This document shows, piece after piece, positions 1 through 9,009 of a DNA stretch of 64,000 nt (its first letter is position 1; each line of letters starts with the position of its first letter). The notes beneath the pieces are model-generated. The model saw nothing but the letters and a program-made list of their open reading frames with translations, was not told the origin of the DNA and made no database searches. This DNA is from a virus (taxonomy: Duplodnaviria > Caudoviricetes). A program made the translations under genes and the position numbers. The DNA is taken from positions 1 to 64,000 of IMG/VR virus record IMGVR_UViG_2744054842_000001, one strand, 5' to 3'.

Positions 1-309
1 ATGAGCAGACAACGACGTACTTTCACACCCGAATTCAAACGCGAGGCAGCCGGCCTGGTGCTCGACCAGGGCTATAGCCTTACTGAAGCCGCCCGGTCGC
101 TCGACTTGGTTGAATCGGCGCTGCGCCGCTGGGTGAATCAACTCCAGTCAGAACGTGGCGGTGCTACGCCAGCGAGCAAGGCGCTGACCGCCGAGCAGCA
201 GAAGATCCAAGAGTTGGAAGCTCGGATCAACCGGCTGGAACGGGAGAAATCGATTTTAAAAAAGGCTACCGCGCTCTTGATGGTCGAGGAACACGAGCGC
301 TCGCGTTGA
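1..309 (+). CDS. IS3-family transposase OrfA
   Basis: HTH_Tnp_1-like start (RRTFTPEFKREAAGLVLDQGYSLTEAARSL), C-terminal coiled coil ending EKSILKKA. Confidence 0.93.
   Translation: MSRQRRTFTPEFKREAAGLVLDQGYSLTEAARSLDLVESALRRWVNQLQSERGGATPASKALTAEQQKIQELEARINRLEREKSILKKATALLMVEEHERSR
258..264 (+). other. IS3 programmed -1 frameshift site (A6G)
   Basis: AAAAAAG near the 3' end of orfA, upstream of the -1 frame orfB. Confidence 0.75.
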
Positions 310-770
310 TTGATCAGCTCCGCCGCGAGGAGCCAGTCGAATTACTCTGCTCGGTGTTTGAAGTCACTCGCTCGTGTTACTACGCGCATTGCCATAAACG
401 GCGATCTCCGGACGTTGCGCTACTGGCACTGCGCGTTCGGGTTAACGAGCTATTTACACAGAGCCGTAGTGCCGCAGGTAGTCGAACCATCATGTGCATG
501 ATGCGCGAAGAAGGCATTCAGATCGGCCGCTTCAAGGTGCGCAAGTTGATGCGCGAAATGAAGCTGATCAGTAAGCAACCGGGCTCACATGCCTACAAGA
601 AGGCCACAGTGGAGCGCCCTGACATCCCGAATGTGCTGGAGCGCGCATTCGATGTCACGGCACCGAATCAAGTATGGTGCGGCGTCATCACGTACGTGTG
701 GGCTCAAGGTCAGTGCCACTATGTGGCGGCAGTTATCGACCTGTTTGCACGGCGCATGGTGGGATACCCG
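306..770 (+). pseudogene. IS3-family transposase OrfB, truncated in the DDE domain
   Basis: SAGSRTI..GRFKVRKLM and PNQVWCGVITYVW..AAVIDLFARRMVGY; homology stops near 770; the usual WxxDITY Asp reads Val. Confidence 0.88.
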
Positions 771-981
771 CGAGGCTGCCAGGGTGAAAGCTGAACTGGA
801 GAAGAAGCCAGACCTGGCCAATCGAATCGCCCAGTTCCAGTTCCGCGATATCCGGCCGAAGGCCGCATCGGAGATCAACGACCTGAGCGAGGCAAGCGTG
901 CTGTTGGGCCGCTCGAAAGAGGGGATTACCGAGCGCGTTTACCGGCGCGTCGGCGCCATCGCCAAGCCCTCGAAAGGCTGA
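771..981 (+). pseudogene. C-terminal remnant of a phage tyrosine integrase
   Basis: FQFRDIRPKAASEI..ASVLLGRSKEGITERVY (box II and catalytic Tyr; LLGH reads LLGR); no N-terminus. Confidence 0.8.
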
Positions 982-982
982 A

Positions 983-1016
983 GTTTCGGAACTCCATGCC
1001 TTTAGTTTCGGAACTC
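983..1016 (+). repeat. Direct repeat AGTTTCGGAACTC x2, possible integrase arm sites of the left remnant element
   Basis: Two copies between the integrase stop and the tRNA fragment. Confidence 0.45.
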
Positions 1017-1040
1017 TTGGCTTTTTTGACCCGCAAAGAA

Positions 1041-1071
1041 AAACCCCGCAGACGTTAATCTGCGGGGCTTT
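1041..1071. terminator. Intrinsic terminator-like hairpin downstream of the tRNA fragment
   Basis: CCCCGCAGA-cgttaa-TCTGCGGGG flanked by A/T runs. Confidence 0.7.
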
Positions 1072-1078
1072 CGAATAG

Positions 1079-1126
1079 TGGAGGCCGAGGTCGGAATCGA
1101 ACCGGCGTAGACGGATTTGCAATCCG
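1079..1126 (-). tRNA. 3' half of tRNA-Cys(GCA), prophage att core (not a full tRNA)
   Basis: Minus strand CGGATTGCAAATCCGTCTACGCCGGTTCGATTCCGACCTCGGCCTCCA: anticodon arm, T arm, CCA; no D arm or 5' acceptor strand. Confidence 0.88.
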
Positions 1127-1219
1127 GTCTCAACCTGCTATTTTATTGGAGCAAATCGCTCAACCCCCTGTATCCATTGGGGTTTCCCTCATTTTCCTGC
1201 ATCTTGATTCATCATCATT

Positions 1220-1249
1220 TGGGACATTCAATGTCCCAGATTTGTCCCA
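1220..1249. repeat. TGGGACA/TGTCCCA/TGTCCCA repeats, possible integrase arm sites
   Basis: One inverted and two direct 7-mers about 100 bp inside the att core. Confidence 0.4.
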
Positions 1250-1319
1250 CGCTTCTTGCCGTCCCTCTCCGGCGTTCTGCCGACCGATTCCCTTCCTTTA
1301 TATAACTCCTCACAGATCC

Positions 1320-1498
1320 GCGCCATCCAGCACCCACAGCCTGGCCGACTCGACCAGTTCGAGCATATCGACCTCTCGCCGCCTGCGCGCGGCATAGGCC
1401 ATCTCATCGAGCGCTGCTGCACGCCCATCGGGATCCTCGACCAAGGCAACCTAGTCGTCCAGTTCTGACACCCAGGCCTGCGGTACCCCGGCCATCAT
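1320..1498 (-). pseudogene. Degenerate paralog of the 5134-5346 gene
   Basis: [38 protein letters not shown] versus [34 protein letters not shown]; TAG at 1451-1453. Confidence 0.8.
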
Positions 1499-1796
1499 TC
1501 CTATCTGCACCGTCCGCTTTCGACCCATTGCGGACATTCAACAGAGGCTACAATACAGCACCAAATCACCAACAACTGCCTGCCCTACTGTCTTCCTCAA
1601 TAAAGCTCGCAATCGCATCAAGGTGTTGTATTGGGAGCGTCGACAGCCAGTCTCTGCCTAGCGTTCGTGCGCCAGTCGCCATGAAGGCGAGAGCTGTGAT
1701 TTCTCCACGCCGCGGCACGGCGTGATAGAAGGCACGTGTCAGGCGCCCGAAGACCCTCGATAAGTGCTGCCCCTGCCTGAGGGCCTAAAGCATTGG

Positions 1797-2537
1797 TTAG
1801 GGGCCGTCAGCATCCTGCCCCGGGGCGACGGAATGCTGCATCCTTAAAATGAATTGCTGGGTTTCGGGCAATAGTTTCTGGAACACCTCGTCCAGTTCCG
1901 GGGCAATCTGGATATCCCCGCCTCGTAAACCCTGGGCAACCTGATCCTGGTAACGCTCAACAAAACGCTGCCGGATGTGCAGTGCCTCGGGGGTATCGTT
2001 GGCGACAAGTTCTTCAAGAACCCCTTGCACTGCCTGCATGAACACCAAGCTGCGCTTGTACTGCTGGTCTCGAAGCCTGGATTGCTCGAGCGCTGCTGCA
2101 TAATGCTCATCCATGACCTCAACCCTTGCCTGCAACAGGTCATTGGTGCTCTGCAACGCCTCAAACGCTTTTGACATTCCCGTCGTCTGTCCGCCCTCGG
2201 CGCGCTTGCCCGCTTTCGCGACTTGGGAGAGTTGTTGGTACATCAGGTCAATCATTGTCTCCTGGCGCTCTACAACGGCCCTGAGCTGCACTGCCTCCTC
2301 GAAATACTGCCGGAGATGCCCCCTCAGCGGCTCCAATTTTTCATTGGCGCACGCCGCCCCCGCATCCCAGCCTTGCGAGTAGCCTTGGGAATGCCCTTCA
2401 TCGAAGCCCTCCTTGCGCCCTTCTTGCTGCCCCTGGCTGCGCCCGACATGCAAGTTGGAGATCGCATGGTCCAGCGACCCGGTATAACCGCCATCCAGGC
2501 CGCCACCGCGCCTGCCCGCACCCCAGTTGTGATCCAT
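1797..2537 (-). CDS. Hypothetical protein with GxxxG repeats and coiled coil
   Basis: 246-aa ORF, GGAGG RBS, QGQQEGRKEGFDEGHSQGYSQG repeat. Confidence 0.7.
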   Translation of the reverse strand: MDHNWGAGRRGGGLDGGYTGSLDHAISNLHVGRSQGQQEGRKEGFDEGHSQGYSQGWDAGAACANEKLEPLRGHLRQYFEEAVQLRAVVERQETMIDLMYQQLSQVAKAGKRAEGGQTTGMSKAFEALQSTNDLLQARVEVMDEHYAAALEQSRLRDQQYKRSLVFMQAVQGVLEELVANDTPEALHIRQRFVERYQDQVAQGLRGGDIQIAPELDEVFQKLLPETQQFILRMQHSVAPGQDADGP

Positions 2538-2753
2538 CCGCCACCTCCTTTGATCCGCCTGTCGTTAGCATGCCCACCGGCAGTCTGGCACAGGGTGGCG
2601 GATGAATGTCAGCGTCGTACAGCGCTCGGAATCGGGCAACATTAGTGTGGGTAGCCTTGGGCTGGCCATGTCCTTGTTGCTGCCAGTACCATCAAAGTGC
2701 ACCGTGACGTGCAATGAATCATTCATGCCATTTCCCTATGAACATACGTCGGA

Positions 2754-3206
2754 TCAGTCCGCATTCAACTTCAGAATGTGATCACGTATTGCAAACCCGG
2801 CCTGGTCGATGAGTGGCTCCCAGAACTCACGCCCCCTGGTCATGAGTGGCGATCCTCGCAAAGCGTCCGCCGAGGCATGCAGTGCAAGCACTCCGAACTC
2901 TTCAGCCATGCTGGTGACGCTGCGCTTACGCCTGTCCAGGTTGTCATACGGTTTCTGATACCACGTCGCGATCTGGAACTCGACACCCTGCTCTTCGAAC
3001 TTGGCGTACAGATGAGAGACCAGTGAAATGATGGTTTCGCGAATCAGGCCAGGGTCAACGCCCTGTCTTTCCAGGAAAGCCTGGGTAGCAATCTGGGCAA
3101 CCGCAGACAGATCTTCGTGGGTATAGCCAGACATCGGCGGAAAAACGCCATCCGGCATTTCCATCTCGGCACCTAAGTCGTGGCAGGTATTTTCATCATC
3201 TTGCAT
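2754..3206 (-). CDS. Hypothetical protein
   Basis: 150-aa ORF with GGAG RBS. Confidence 0.65.
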   Translation of the reverse strand: MQDDENTCHDLGAEMEMPDGVFPPMSGYTHEDLSAVAQIATQAFLERQGVDPGLIRETIISLVSHLYAKFEEQGVEFQIATWYQKPYDNLDRRKRSVTSMAEEFGVLALHASADALRGSPLMTRGREFWEPLIDQAGFAIRDHILKLNAD

Positions 3207-3516
3207 GAAGGGCTCCAGAGCAGTTCAGCTCATGAAAATGAATGCCGACAAAGTGCAGTTGAACACATGCAGCCCTTGCTGGGCGAGTGTGGCCAGGCTT
3301 ACCCAGCGCTCGTAACGCCGGTCGAGGGCTCCATCCTGGCTCGCGAGTTTGCCCACGAACGTGCCGCACAGCAGGCTGACGTCAGCCAAGACTGGCTGAA
3401 CGCTGCCGATATACCCACCACAGGGATCATCGAGTCAGCCGCAGACGGCATCTGGAACATGAACCCTTAGCCAAAAATGCAGGCACAAAACCGACAAAAG
3501 CAGGTGAATTCACGCG

Positions 3517-4365
3517 CTATCGCGAAGCAGTCTTGAACTGCCGGGTGCTGTCCTTGCACCCCATGGATGCAACCGTGAACAACACCTCATACCGCGTGTA
3601 TGCACTGGCATAAATGCTCGATGGCCTAGGCCCCTTGTCCACGGTCTTGCTGTATGCAAGCACCGCATCGCACGCGATAGCATCCACGACCTGGTTGCTG
3701 ACACTAGCCGCACGCTGGCGCATCCCCAGCTCGAACTGCGCATCATCCAGAACAACCGGCGTACGCGCTGGCGTGGTCGCCAATGCAGCGTAAGTCCCTT
3801 GGGTTTCCCCCAGCAAACGTACGGCAATCGTGATACCGCCACCGTTCTCGATCCGCGGATACCCGGCAAACCGCGCAGTGAACTTATCCGTAGCCGCCAA
3901 CTGGCTTACCGTGCGACCCACCACTTTGGCCCAGTATTCATTTGGCGGATTGGACGGCTCATAAGCTGGCGCCCCTCGATCATAGGGCTTGCCCGCCATC
4001 CTGAGCTGCTCCTGGCGCAAGAAGTAGCTGGAGCGGCATTTATTACTAATCTGCGCCTCCAGCGGCCGACCAGACTTTGCGCTGTAAAGCAAAGCAGATG
4101 CGCATTGCAGCTCGAACTGCCCATTGAGGTACAGTGGCTCACCGGTCCCCAGCGGGCTTATAGTGGGGATAAGGTTGACCGCCCCCCCACCTGCACCACC
4201 CGCAACCCCGGTCACAAGGGCATTAGGCATCATCGAGGTCAGCGAATTGACAGCCTCGTCCGAAAAGCGAATCTTGGTGGTCCCGTCCGGCATCTGCTCG
4301 GTGGTTACACAGCCCGCCATTCCCGCAGTCGCCAGCAGGAGCAGGATGAGTTTGTACTTGGTCAT
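3517..4365 (-). CDS. Putative lipoprotein
   Basis: MTKYKLILLLLATAGMAG-C signal peptide and lipobox; AAGGA RBS. Confidence 0.75.
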   Translation of the reverse strand: MTKYKLILLLLATAGMAGCVTTEQMPDGTTKIRFSDEAVNSLTSMMPNALVTGVAGGAGGGAVNLIPTISPLGTGEPLYLNGQFELQCASALLYSAKSGRPLEAQISNKCRSSYFLRQEQLRMAGKPYDRGAPAYEPSNPPNEYWAKVVGRTVSQLAATDKFTARFAGYPRIENGGGITIAVRLLGETQGTYAALATTPARTPVVLDDAQFELGMRQRAASVSNQVVDAIACDAVLAYSKTVDKGPRPSSIYASAYTRYEVLFTVASMGCKDSTRQFKTASR

Positions 4366-4434
4366 GCTTGTGTCCTTACTTGAAAAATCGAACCAATTTA
4401 TCAACCCCACCTGCCTACAAGGTGAGGCCTTAGT

Positions 4435-4550
4435 TTACCGTGGCATTACTGGCTTACAGTTCCACGGCAACAACGCTTCGAAGTCACCAACTGTTGACGT
4501 ATGCGGCAACAGTTTCAGTGCGTAGCGCAGCCACGCATAGGGGCGCTGGC
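4435..4550 (-). pseudogene. IS66-family transposase (TnpC) C-terminal fragment
   Basis: PYAWLRYALKLLP..FEALLPWNC, typical IS66 C-terminus. Confidence 0.75.
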
Positions 4551-4633
4551 TATCGATCCATTGAAACTCGCATGAATGTGACGATGTTAGGCCAGACCGA
4601 CTCAATACGCATGACGCTGAGGTTGCCTGAGCA

Positions 4634-4939
4634 TCACGCAAGCAAAGGGCGAAGGAAGGTTCTCTCGTAGCTCACGATGAACTTCAATTCGGACGCTTCC
4701 TCAACCAAACGTACACATTCAGGATCGACTGCGGCTTCTTGCCGATACCGTTCGTAGTCGGCAAGGCTGGAGAAGCTAAAGAGGCAATACGCGACGTTAT
4801 TTGCTCCTTCAGCCGGTAGGAAGTAGCCGTGATGCTGGCCACCCATTCGGGTTACTACCGGAATCCAAGAGCGAGAATAGCGTTCGAACGCATTGATCTG
4901 ATGGGGGTCGATGATGTACCGGACATGACAGGTGATCAT
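4634..4939 (-). CDS. NIPSNAP-family protein
   Basis: ITCHVRYIIDP..FERY..GGQHHGYFLPAEGANNVAYCLFSFSSLADYERYR. Confidence 0.85.
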   Translation of the reverse strand: MITCHVRYIIDPHQINAFERYSRSWIPVVTRMGGQHHGYFLPAEGANNVAYCLFSFSSLADYERYRQEAAVDPECVRLVEEASELKFIVSYERTFLRPLLA

Positions 4940-5133
4940 GAAATCGTTCCTTGATTTGGGATCGCTATTTTAGGGGGGGGCAACGACGGGTCAAGAGCAA
5001 TGACAATCGATCACGTGCGGATGTGATTCTTGAGTCGCTCTTGGTTTGGTACCTCGAATGGCTGCAAAGGGTCGAAAGCAGCCATTCACGACCGGCAACT
5101 AACGCCCCCTAGCCGCGGGGCGCATCGAGCGGC

Positions 5134-5346
5134 TCAAGCTGCCTCTTCATCCTCAATCAGTGCCCACAGCCTAGCCGTCTCGGCAAACTCCAGCATGTCG
5201 GCCAACTGACCCGCATCAACGTCCCCGCGTCGGTGCGAAGAAATCGCGAGCTCGGCAAGCACCGCGGCTCGGCCATCAGGATCAGCAACCAGGGCAACCT
5301 GGTCATTCAGCTCGGCCAGCCAAGCCTGCGGAAGTTCAGTTGCCAT
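5134..5346 (-). CDS. Small phage protein
   Basis: 70-aa ORF coupled to the upstream gene; paralog remnant at 1320-1498. Confidence 0.7.
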   Translation of the reverse strand: MATELPQAWLAELNDQVALVADPDGRAAVLAELAISSHRRGDVDAGQLADMLEFAETARLWALIEDEEAA

Positions 5347-5644
5347 AAGCGCCCACCACCCGGCACCACCAGGATTGGGCGTACGGTACCCCGTCAATTT
5401 CCTCGACACCGTTGATGTTGATGCCGAGCTGGGCCATGCCATTGAGCTTGGCGTCGTGCAGCCGGGGGATGATGTCGGGCCCGGGTGACGGGTTGAACAC
5501 CCACGCCTGGGTCGACACCCGGCCCAGCGGCTCACTGTGGTGGTCGCCGATATGGATGTCGGCCCGCAGGGGCTGGATCTTCCTGAGCTGATCGGAAGGG
5601 ATGGCCACGCCATTCACACGGCGGCGAACGAGGAGGAAGTACAT
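5336..5644 (-). CDS. Hypothetical phage protein, LexA box upstream
   Basis: 102-aa ORF starting just after the SOS box. Confidence 0.75.
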   Translation of the reverse strand: MYFLLVRRRVNGVAIPSDQLRKIQPLRADIHIGDHHSEPLGRVSTQAWVFNPSPGPDIIPRLHDAKLNGMAQLGININGVEEIDGVPYAQSWWCRVVGAYGN

Positions 5645-5657
5645 GCTGCACCAAATA

Positions 5658-5673
5658 CTGTATATAGATACAG
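5658..5673. promoter_or_regulatory. LexA (SOS) box
   Basis: CTGT-ATATAGAT-ACAG, perfect consensus between divergent genes. Confidence 0.9.
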
Positions 5674-5752
5674 TATTTCAGCATCAGGCAAAGCACCCGC
5701 GCCAGTACCGCCCGGCGGACTATGCTTGTTTGCTCAGGCAGGAGGGAGGCGT

Positions 5753-6448
5753 ATGTGTGGAAGGTTGAGCCAGTACCGGGGTATACACGACTTCGTTGAA
5801 ACCCTGAGCCTGCCAGAATCCTGGAGGAACAACGTCGGCGACCAACCGCTTGGCCGTTACAATGTCGCGCCAACCACGCCGGTGGCAGTGCTGCGGGTGG
5901 ATGATGCAGGCCCGCGGGCGGACCTGGTGAGGTGGGGATGGCGGCCGCATTGGGCGACCGACCGTGCTGCGCCGATCAACGCCAGGGTCGAAAAAGTGGC
6001 ACACGGCACATTCTTCCGAGCGATCTGGCCGCACCGAGCCATCACACCCATCGACGGCTGGTACGAATGGGTTGATGAGGGTGGACCGAAGAAGCAGCCG
6101 TATTACATCCGCCGCTGGGACGGGCGCCCAGCCCTATGCGCCAGCATCGGCCAGTTCGCCGGCAGCGAGCACGACGGGTTTGTGATCATCACCGCCGACG
6201 CCCAGGGCGGCATGGTCGATGTTCACGACCGCCGGCCTGTCGTGCTGTCACCTGAGCTGGCGCACGAGTGGATCGCGGCAGGAATGCCGAGCGAGCATGC
6301 AGAGCAACTGGTGCTCAACTTGGGCGAGCCGGCCGAGGCCTTCGAGTGGTACCGGGTCAGCACGGACGTTGGAAATGTGCGGAACCAAGGGGCAGAGCTG
6401 ATCAACCCAATCAGTGAGCCTGGCCAGCAGGGCCGCCTAACGCTTTGA
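5753..6448 (+). CDS. SOS response-associated peptidase (SRAP/HMCES, YedK-like)
   Basis: N-terminal MCGR, RYNVAPT, INARVE, GWYEW, VHDRRPVVL. Confidence 0.93.
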   Translation: MCGRLSQYRGIHDFVETLSLPESWRNNVGDQPLGRYNVAPTTPVAVLRVDDAGPRADLVRWGWRPHWATDRAAPINARVEKVAHGTFFRAIWPHRAITPIDGWYEWVDEGGPKKQPYYIRRWDGRPALCASIGQFAGSEHDGFVIITADAQGGMVDVHDRRPVVLSPELAHEWIAAGMPSEHAEQLVLNLGEPAEAFEWYRVSTDVGNVRNQGAELINPISEPGQQGRLTL

Positions 6449-6617
6449 GCTGGTAGTCGGTGACCGCCTGGAACTGCGACTCGGCAATCATCCGCAGACG
6501 CTCCACCTCTTCCGTCGGCTCACCCGAAGCCTGGGCTTCGTGATAACGCTTCAAGGCGTCCACGGCGTCGGTGTACATGGGATGGTCAGGGAAAAGGATC
6601 GGCGGCTTACACTTCAT
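6411..6617 (-). CDS. Small phage protein (paralog of 6642-6854)
   Basis: DALKRYHEAQ..EEVERLRMIAESQFQAVTDYQL. Confidence 0.7.
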   Translation of the reverse strand: MKCKPPILFPDHPMYTDAVDALKRYHEAQASGEPTEEVERLRMIAESQFQAVTDYQLKALGGPAGQAH

Positions 6618-6641
6618 CGGGGTTCCATCCTGAAGAGGCCA

Positions 6642-6854
6642 TCACTGAATGGTAGACGGTGCCCGCCCTGCTTGGATTAACTGGTAATCGATAACCGCTT
6701 GGTATAGCGAATCCGCCAATAGACGTAGGCGCTCGACCTCTTCAGGCGGCGCGCCACGGTCCTGGGCTTGGTGGTACTCCCGTATGGCGTCGATGGCCTG
6801 CTGGATCAGCGGCTCGCCAGCCTCGACCATACCGATAACGGTACGCTTGTTCAT
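6642..6854 (-). CDS. Small phage protein (paralog of 6411-6617)
   Basis: DAIREYHQAQ..EEVERLRLLADSLYQAVIDYQL. Confidence 0.7.
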   Translation of the reverse strand: MNKRTVIGMVEAGEPLIQQAIDAIREYHQAQDRGAPPEEVERLRLLADSLYQAVIDYQLIQAGRAPSTIQ

Positions 6855-7036
6855 TGTCCTGCCTAGGCTAAGCACTTCAGCGCAATAGTGCCCGTGGATA
6901 TTGACGCCGTCTAGGCCTCGTTTAGACCCGCGAAAACACGTCCAAGAAACCTAGATGACACAAGCGGGGCGAGGCCCTATGATGACTAGTGGCCAATAGG
7001 CAGCATTGAGTCATGAAAACATAAGAGAGCAGTGCA

Positions 7037-7906
7037 GTGAGCGAAAGAATCCACGTAATCAGCTGTAAAACAGTGGAGGAGTTCATCGAATGGATCACTC
7101 CAGACGATGATGAAGAAAAGCATCAGTGGTTCATATATCGCGGGCAAGCTGATGCGCGCTGGGGGTTGATACCGTCTGCATTTAGGGATACCGGACACAT
7201 TACTGCAAGGAGCTTATTCGGCAGTTATCGCGCCACTCACAAAGAGCAAGCGCATTTCGAGGCTCTAACTCTACAGCGGTTTCTAAAGGCTTGTGATCAG
7301 TCAGGATTGAGCGTTCCTGGATATACAAGAGGCTTATCAGAGGAACTTGAACTTATCCTTACGCAAAAAATGGACCTCCAGTGGCCCTCTGCAGTTTTCG
7401 ACGAACCTCTCGCAGTAGCACAGCATTACGGGGTCCCTACGAGGCTATTGGATTGGACGCGCCGATCATTCGTAGCAGCGTACTTCGCCGCGTCTTCCTG
7501 CGTGAAGCTGACACAGCGCCCACCAGAGATAGCGGTTTGGGCCATAAATCTCACTCATAAGAATAAATGGTCTAACGTTTCCTTAGTTTCCCTTCCCGGC
7601 GGAACCGCAGCGAATTTGGCGGCGCAATCAGGACTCTTCACTATCCAGCGAGGTGTGAAAGCTCCCGACTTCGAATCACTTGGCCTAGAGAACGACCCGG
7701 ATATGTTCGAAGTCGCAGATTCGCAGGGTGAACACGCTTTTGTAAAAGTGACGCTGCCATCCTCAGAGTGCGAAAAGCTCCTGCGCATCTGCGCCCGCTA
7801 CGGGGTTTCGGCTCCAGTGCTTTTCCCTGGGATGGAGGGAGCGAGAAAGTATGTGGAGGACTGGGCGTACAGCGAATTTAATGGTCCCCCGGATAATCTG
7901 ATCTAG
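7037..7906 (+). CDS. FRG-domain protein (moron)
   Basis: WFIYRGQADARWGLIPSAFR and AQHYGVPTRLLDWT..VAAYFA, AAQSGLFT. Confidence 0.9.
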   Translation: MSERIHVISCKTVEEFIEWITPDDDEEKHQWFIYRGQADARWGLIPSAFRDTGHITARSLFGSYRATHKEQAHFEALTLQRFLKACDQSGLSVPGYTRGLSEELELILTQKMDLQWPSAVFDEPLAVAQHYGVPTRLLDWTRRSFVAAYFAASSCVKLTQRPPEIAVWAINLTHKNKWSNVSLVSLPGGTAANLAAQSGLFTIQRGVKAPDFESLGLENDPDMFEVADSQGEHAFVKVTLPSSECEKLLRICARYGVSAPVLFPGMEGARKYVEDWAYSEFNGPPDNLI

Positions 7907-7948
7907 AAAACCCTATCGGCTTCAAGGTGCGCCAAGCGGGATAAATGA

Positions 7949-8458
7949 TCATCGGTGAAGTTGGTCTGCCATCGACTCACATGACAGGCCAGCTATTCGA
8001 CTTCGCTCAAGCGCTGCCGCGAGGTCTCCCGCCATTCGGTCAGCCTCCTCAAGCAATCCCCCGAGCACCACGACGGCAGAGGTTCCTGCTTGGCGCTGCT
8101 GGGCAGCGATGGCATGGCAGGTGGCTCGGTGGCCATCCCGCAATCTGGCGATTTCCCCGCGCAGCCCATCAGCAGCAGACTCAGCATCAGCGGCGCGGCT
8201 TTTGGCCAGTTCCAGTTTCTTGCGTGCACTCTCACCCTCCTCCTCCGCCGCTGCTTGGCGGCGCTGTTCTTCGATTCTTGCTTGGGCGGCGGCGCGTCGG
8301 TCCCGCTCGGAGACTTCCAGGCGGTAGTCGGACAGTTCCTTGCGTGCTTCTGTGGCTTCTCCATTGGCAAGCACAACGCGGTACTGCTGCCCGCCGGCGA
8401 CCAGCACCAGAGCGATCAGCCACCAGCACCAGGCCGGTACAGCGCCGAGCCAGTTCAC
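7949..8458 (-). CDS. Rz-like spanin / DUF2514-type lysis protein
   Basis: GTG start overlapping the endolysin stop, N-terminal TM, coiled coil, C-terminal RIAGLSCE. Confidence 0.8.
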   Translation of the reverse strand: MNWLGAVPAWCWWLIALVLVAGGQQYRVVLANGEATEARKELSDYRLEVSERDRRAAAQARIEEQRRQAAAEEEGESARKKLELAKSRAADAESAADGLRGEIARLRDGHRATCHAIAAQQRQAGTSAVVVLGGLLEEADRMAGDLAAALERSRIAGLSCESMADQLHR

Positions 8459-8943
8459 GCCAGCGCCCCGCCGAGCTTCTGCCACTGAGCCAGCAGTTTG
8501 TCCAGGCGGTGCGGGGTCTGCCCATAGGTGTTGCCTGGGAAACTGGCCCATATGTTCGAGCACTTGGAGATGGCCTGCTGGATGCGGCCAGCCTTGATGT
8601 CGTCCAGGGCCTTGCGCTCGCGGATCTGCTGCAGCGCGATTCGGTCCTGGTTCTCCGGCGTGAACCCGCCCGACAGGTGAAGGCTGACCCGGTATGCATC
8701 CCAGTAACGCTCGAGCAGCTGGTATCGGCCGGCTGCCGTGCTGGTTACCGACTTGCCGTTGATTGGGAACGTCAGCTTGCGCCGCGGGTGGTCCGCGTAG
8801 CCCTGAAATAGGCCGCCGCCATACAGCACATTGTACCCGTCGTCGCTTGCCTTGATGGTTGAGGTACCTTCAGAGAAAGCGATCAGGTCCAGAAACCGGT
8901 GGACGTTGGCGCCGCCGGCAGCAGAAGAATCTATTCGAGCCAT
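8455..8943 (-). CDS. Endolysin, lambda R-type (GH104)
   Basis: FLDLIAFSEGT, GYNVLYGG, STAAGRYQLL, IWASFPGNTYGQ. Confidence 0.93.
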   Translation of the reverse strand: MARIDSSAAGGANVHRFLDLIAFSEGTSTIKASDDGYNVLYGGGLFQGYADHPRRKLTFPINGKSVTSTAAGRYQLLERYWDAYRVSLHLSGGFTPENQDRIALQQIRERKALDDIKAGRIQQAISKCSNIWASFPGNTYGQTPHRLDKLLAQWQKLGGALA

Positions 8944-9009
8944 TTTTTCTCCTAAAAGAAAAACGCCCGCAAATGCGGGCGCAAACAAATCTCTACTATC
9001 TGGTCAGCC

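Noticed and set aside
589-981. 130-aa intact ORF
   Set aside because: Chimera of an off-frame IS3 segment and an integrase C-terminal remnant.
1079-1126. Functional tRNA-Cys gene
   Set aside because: 5' acceptor strand and D arm are missing; it is an att duplication.
3180-3470. 96-aa plus-strand ORF
   Set aside because: No RBS or motif; overlaps the start of the minus-strand gene; probably degenerate sequence.
7993-8376. Nested Rz1-like o-spanin ORF
   Set aside because: Contains LLLMGC but lacks a convincing start/RBS and signal peptide; unresolved, so not reported as a feature.
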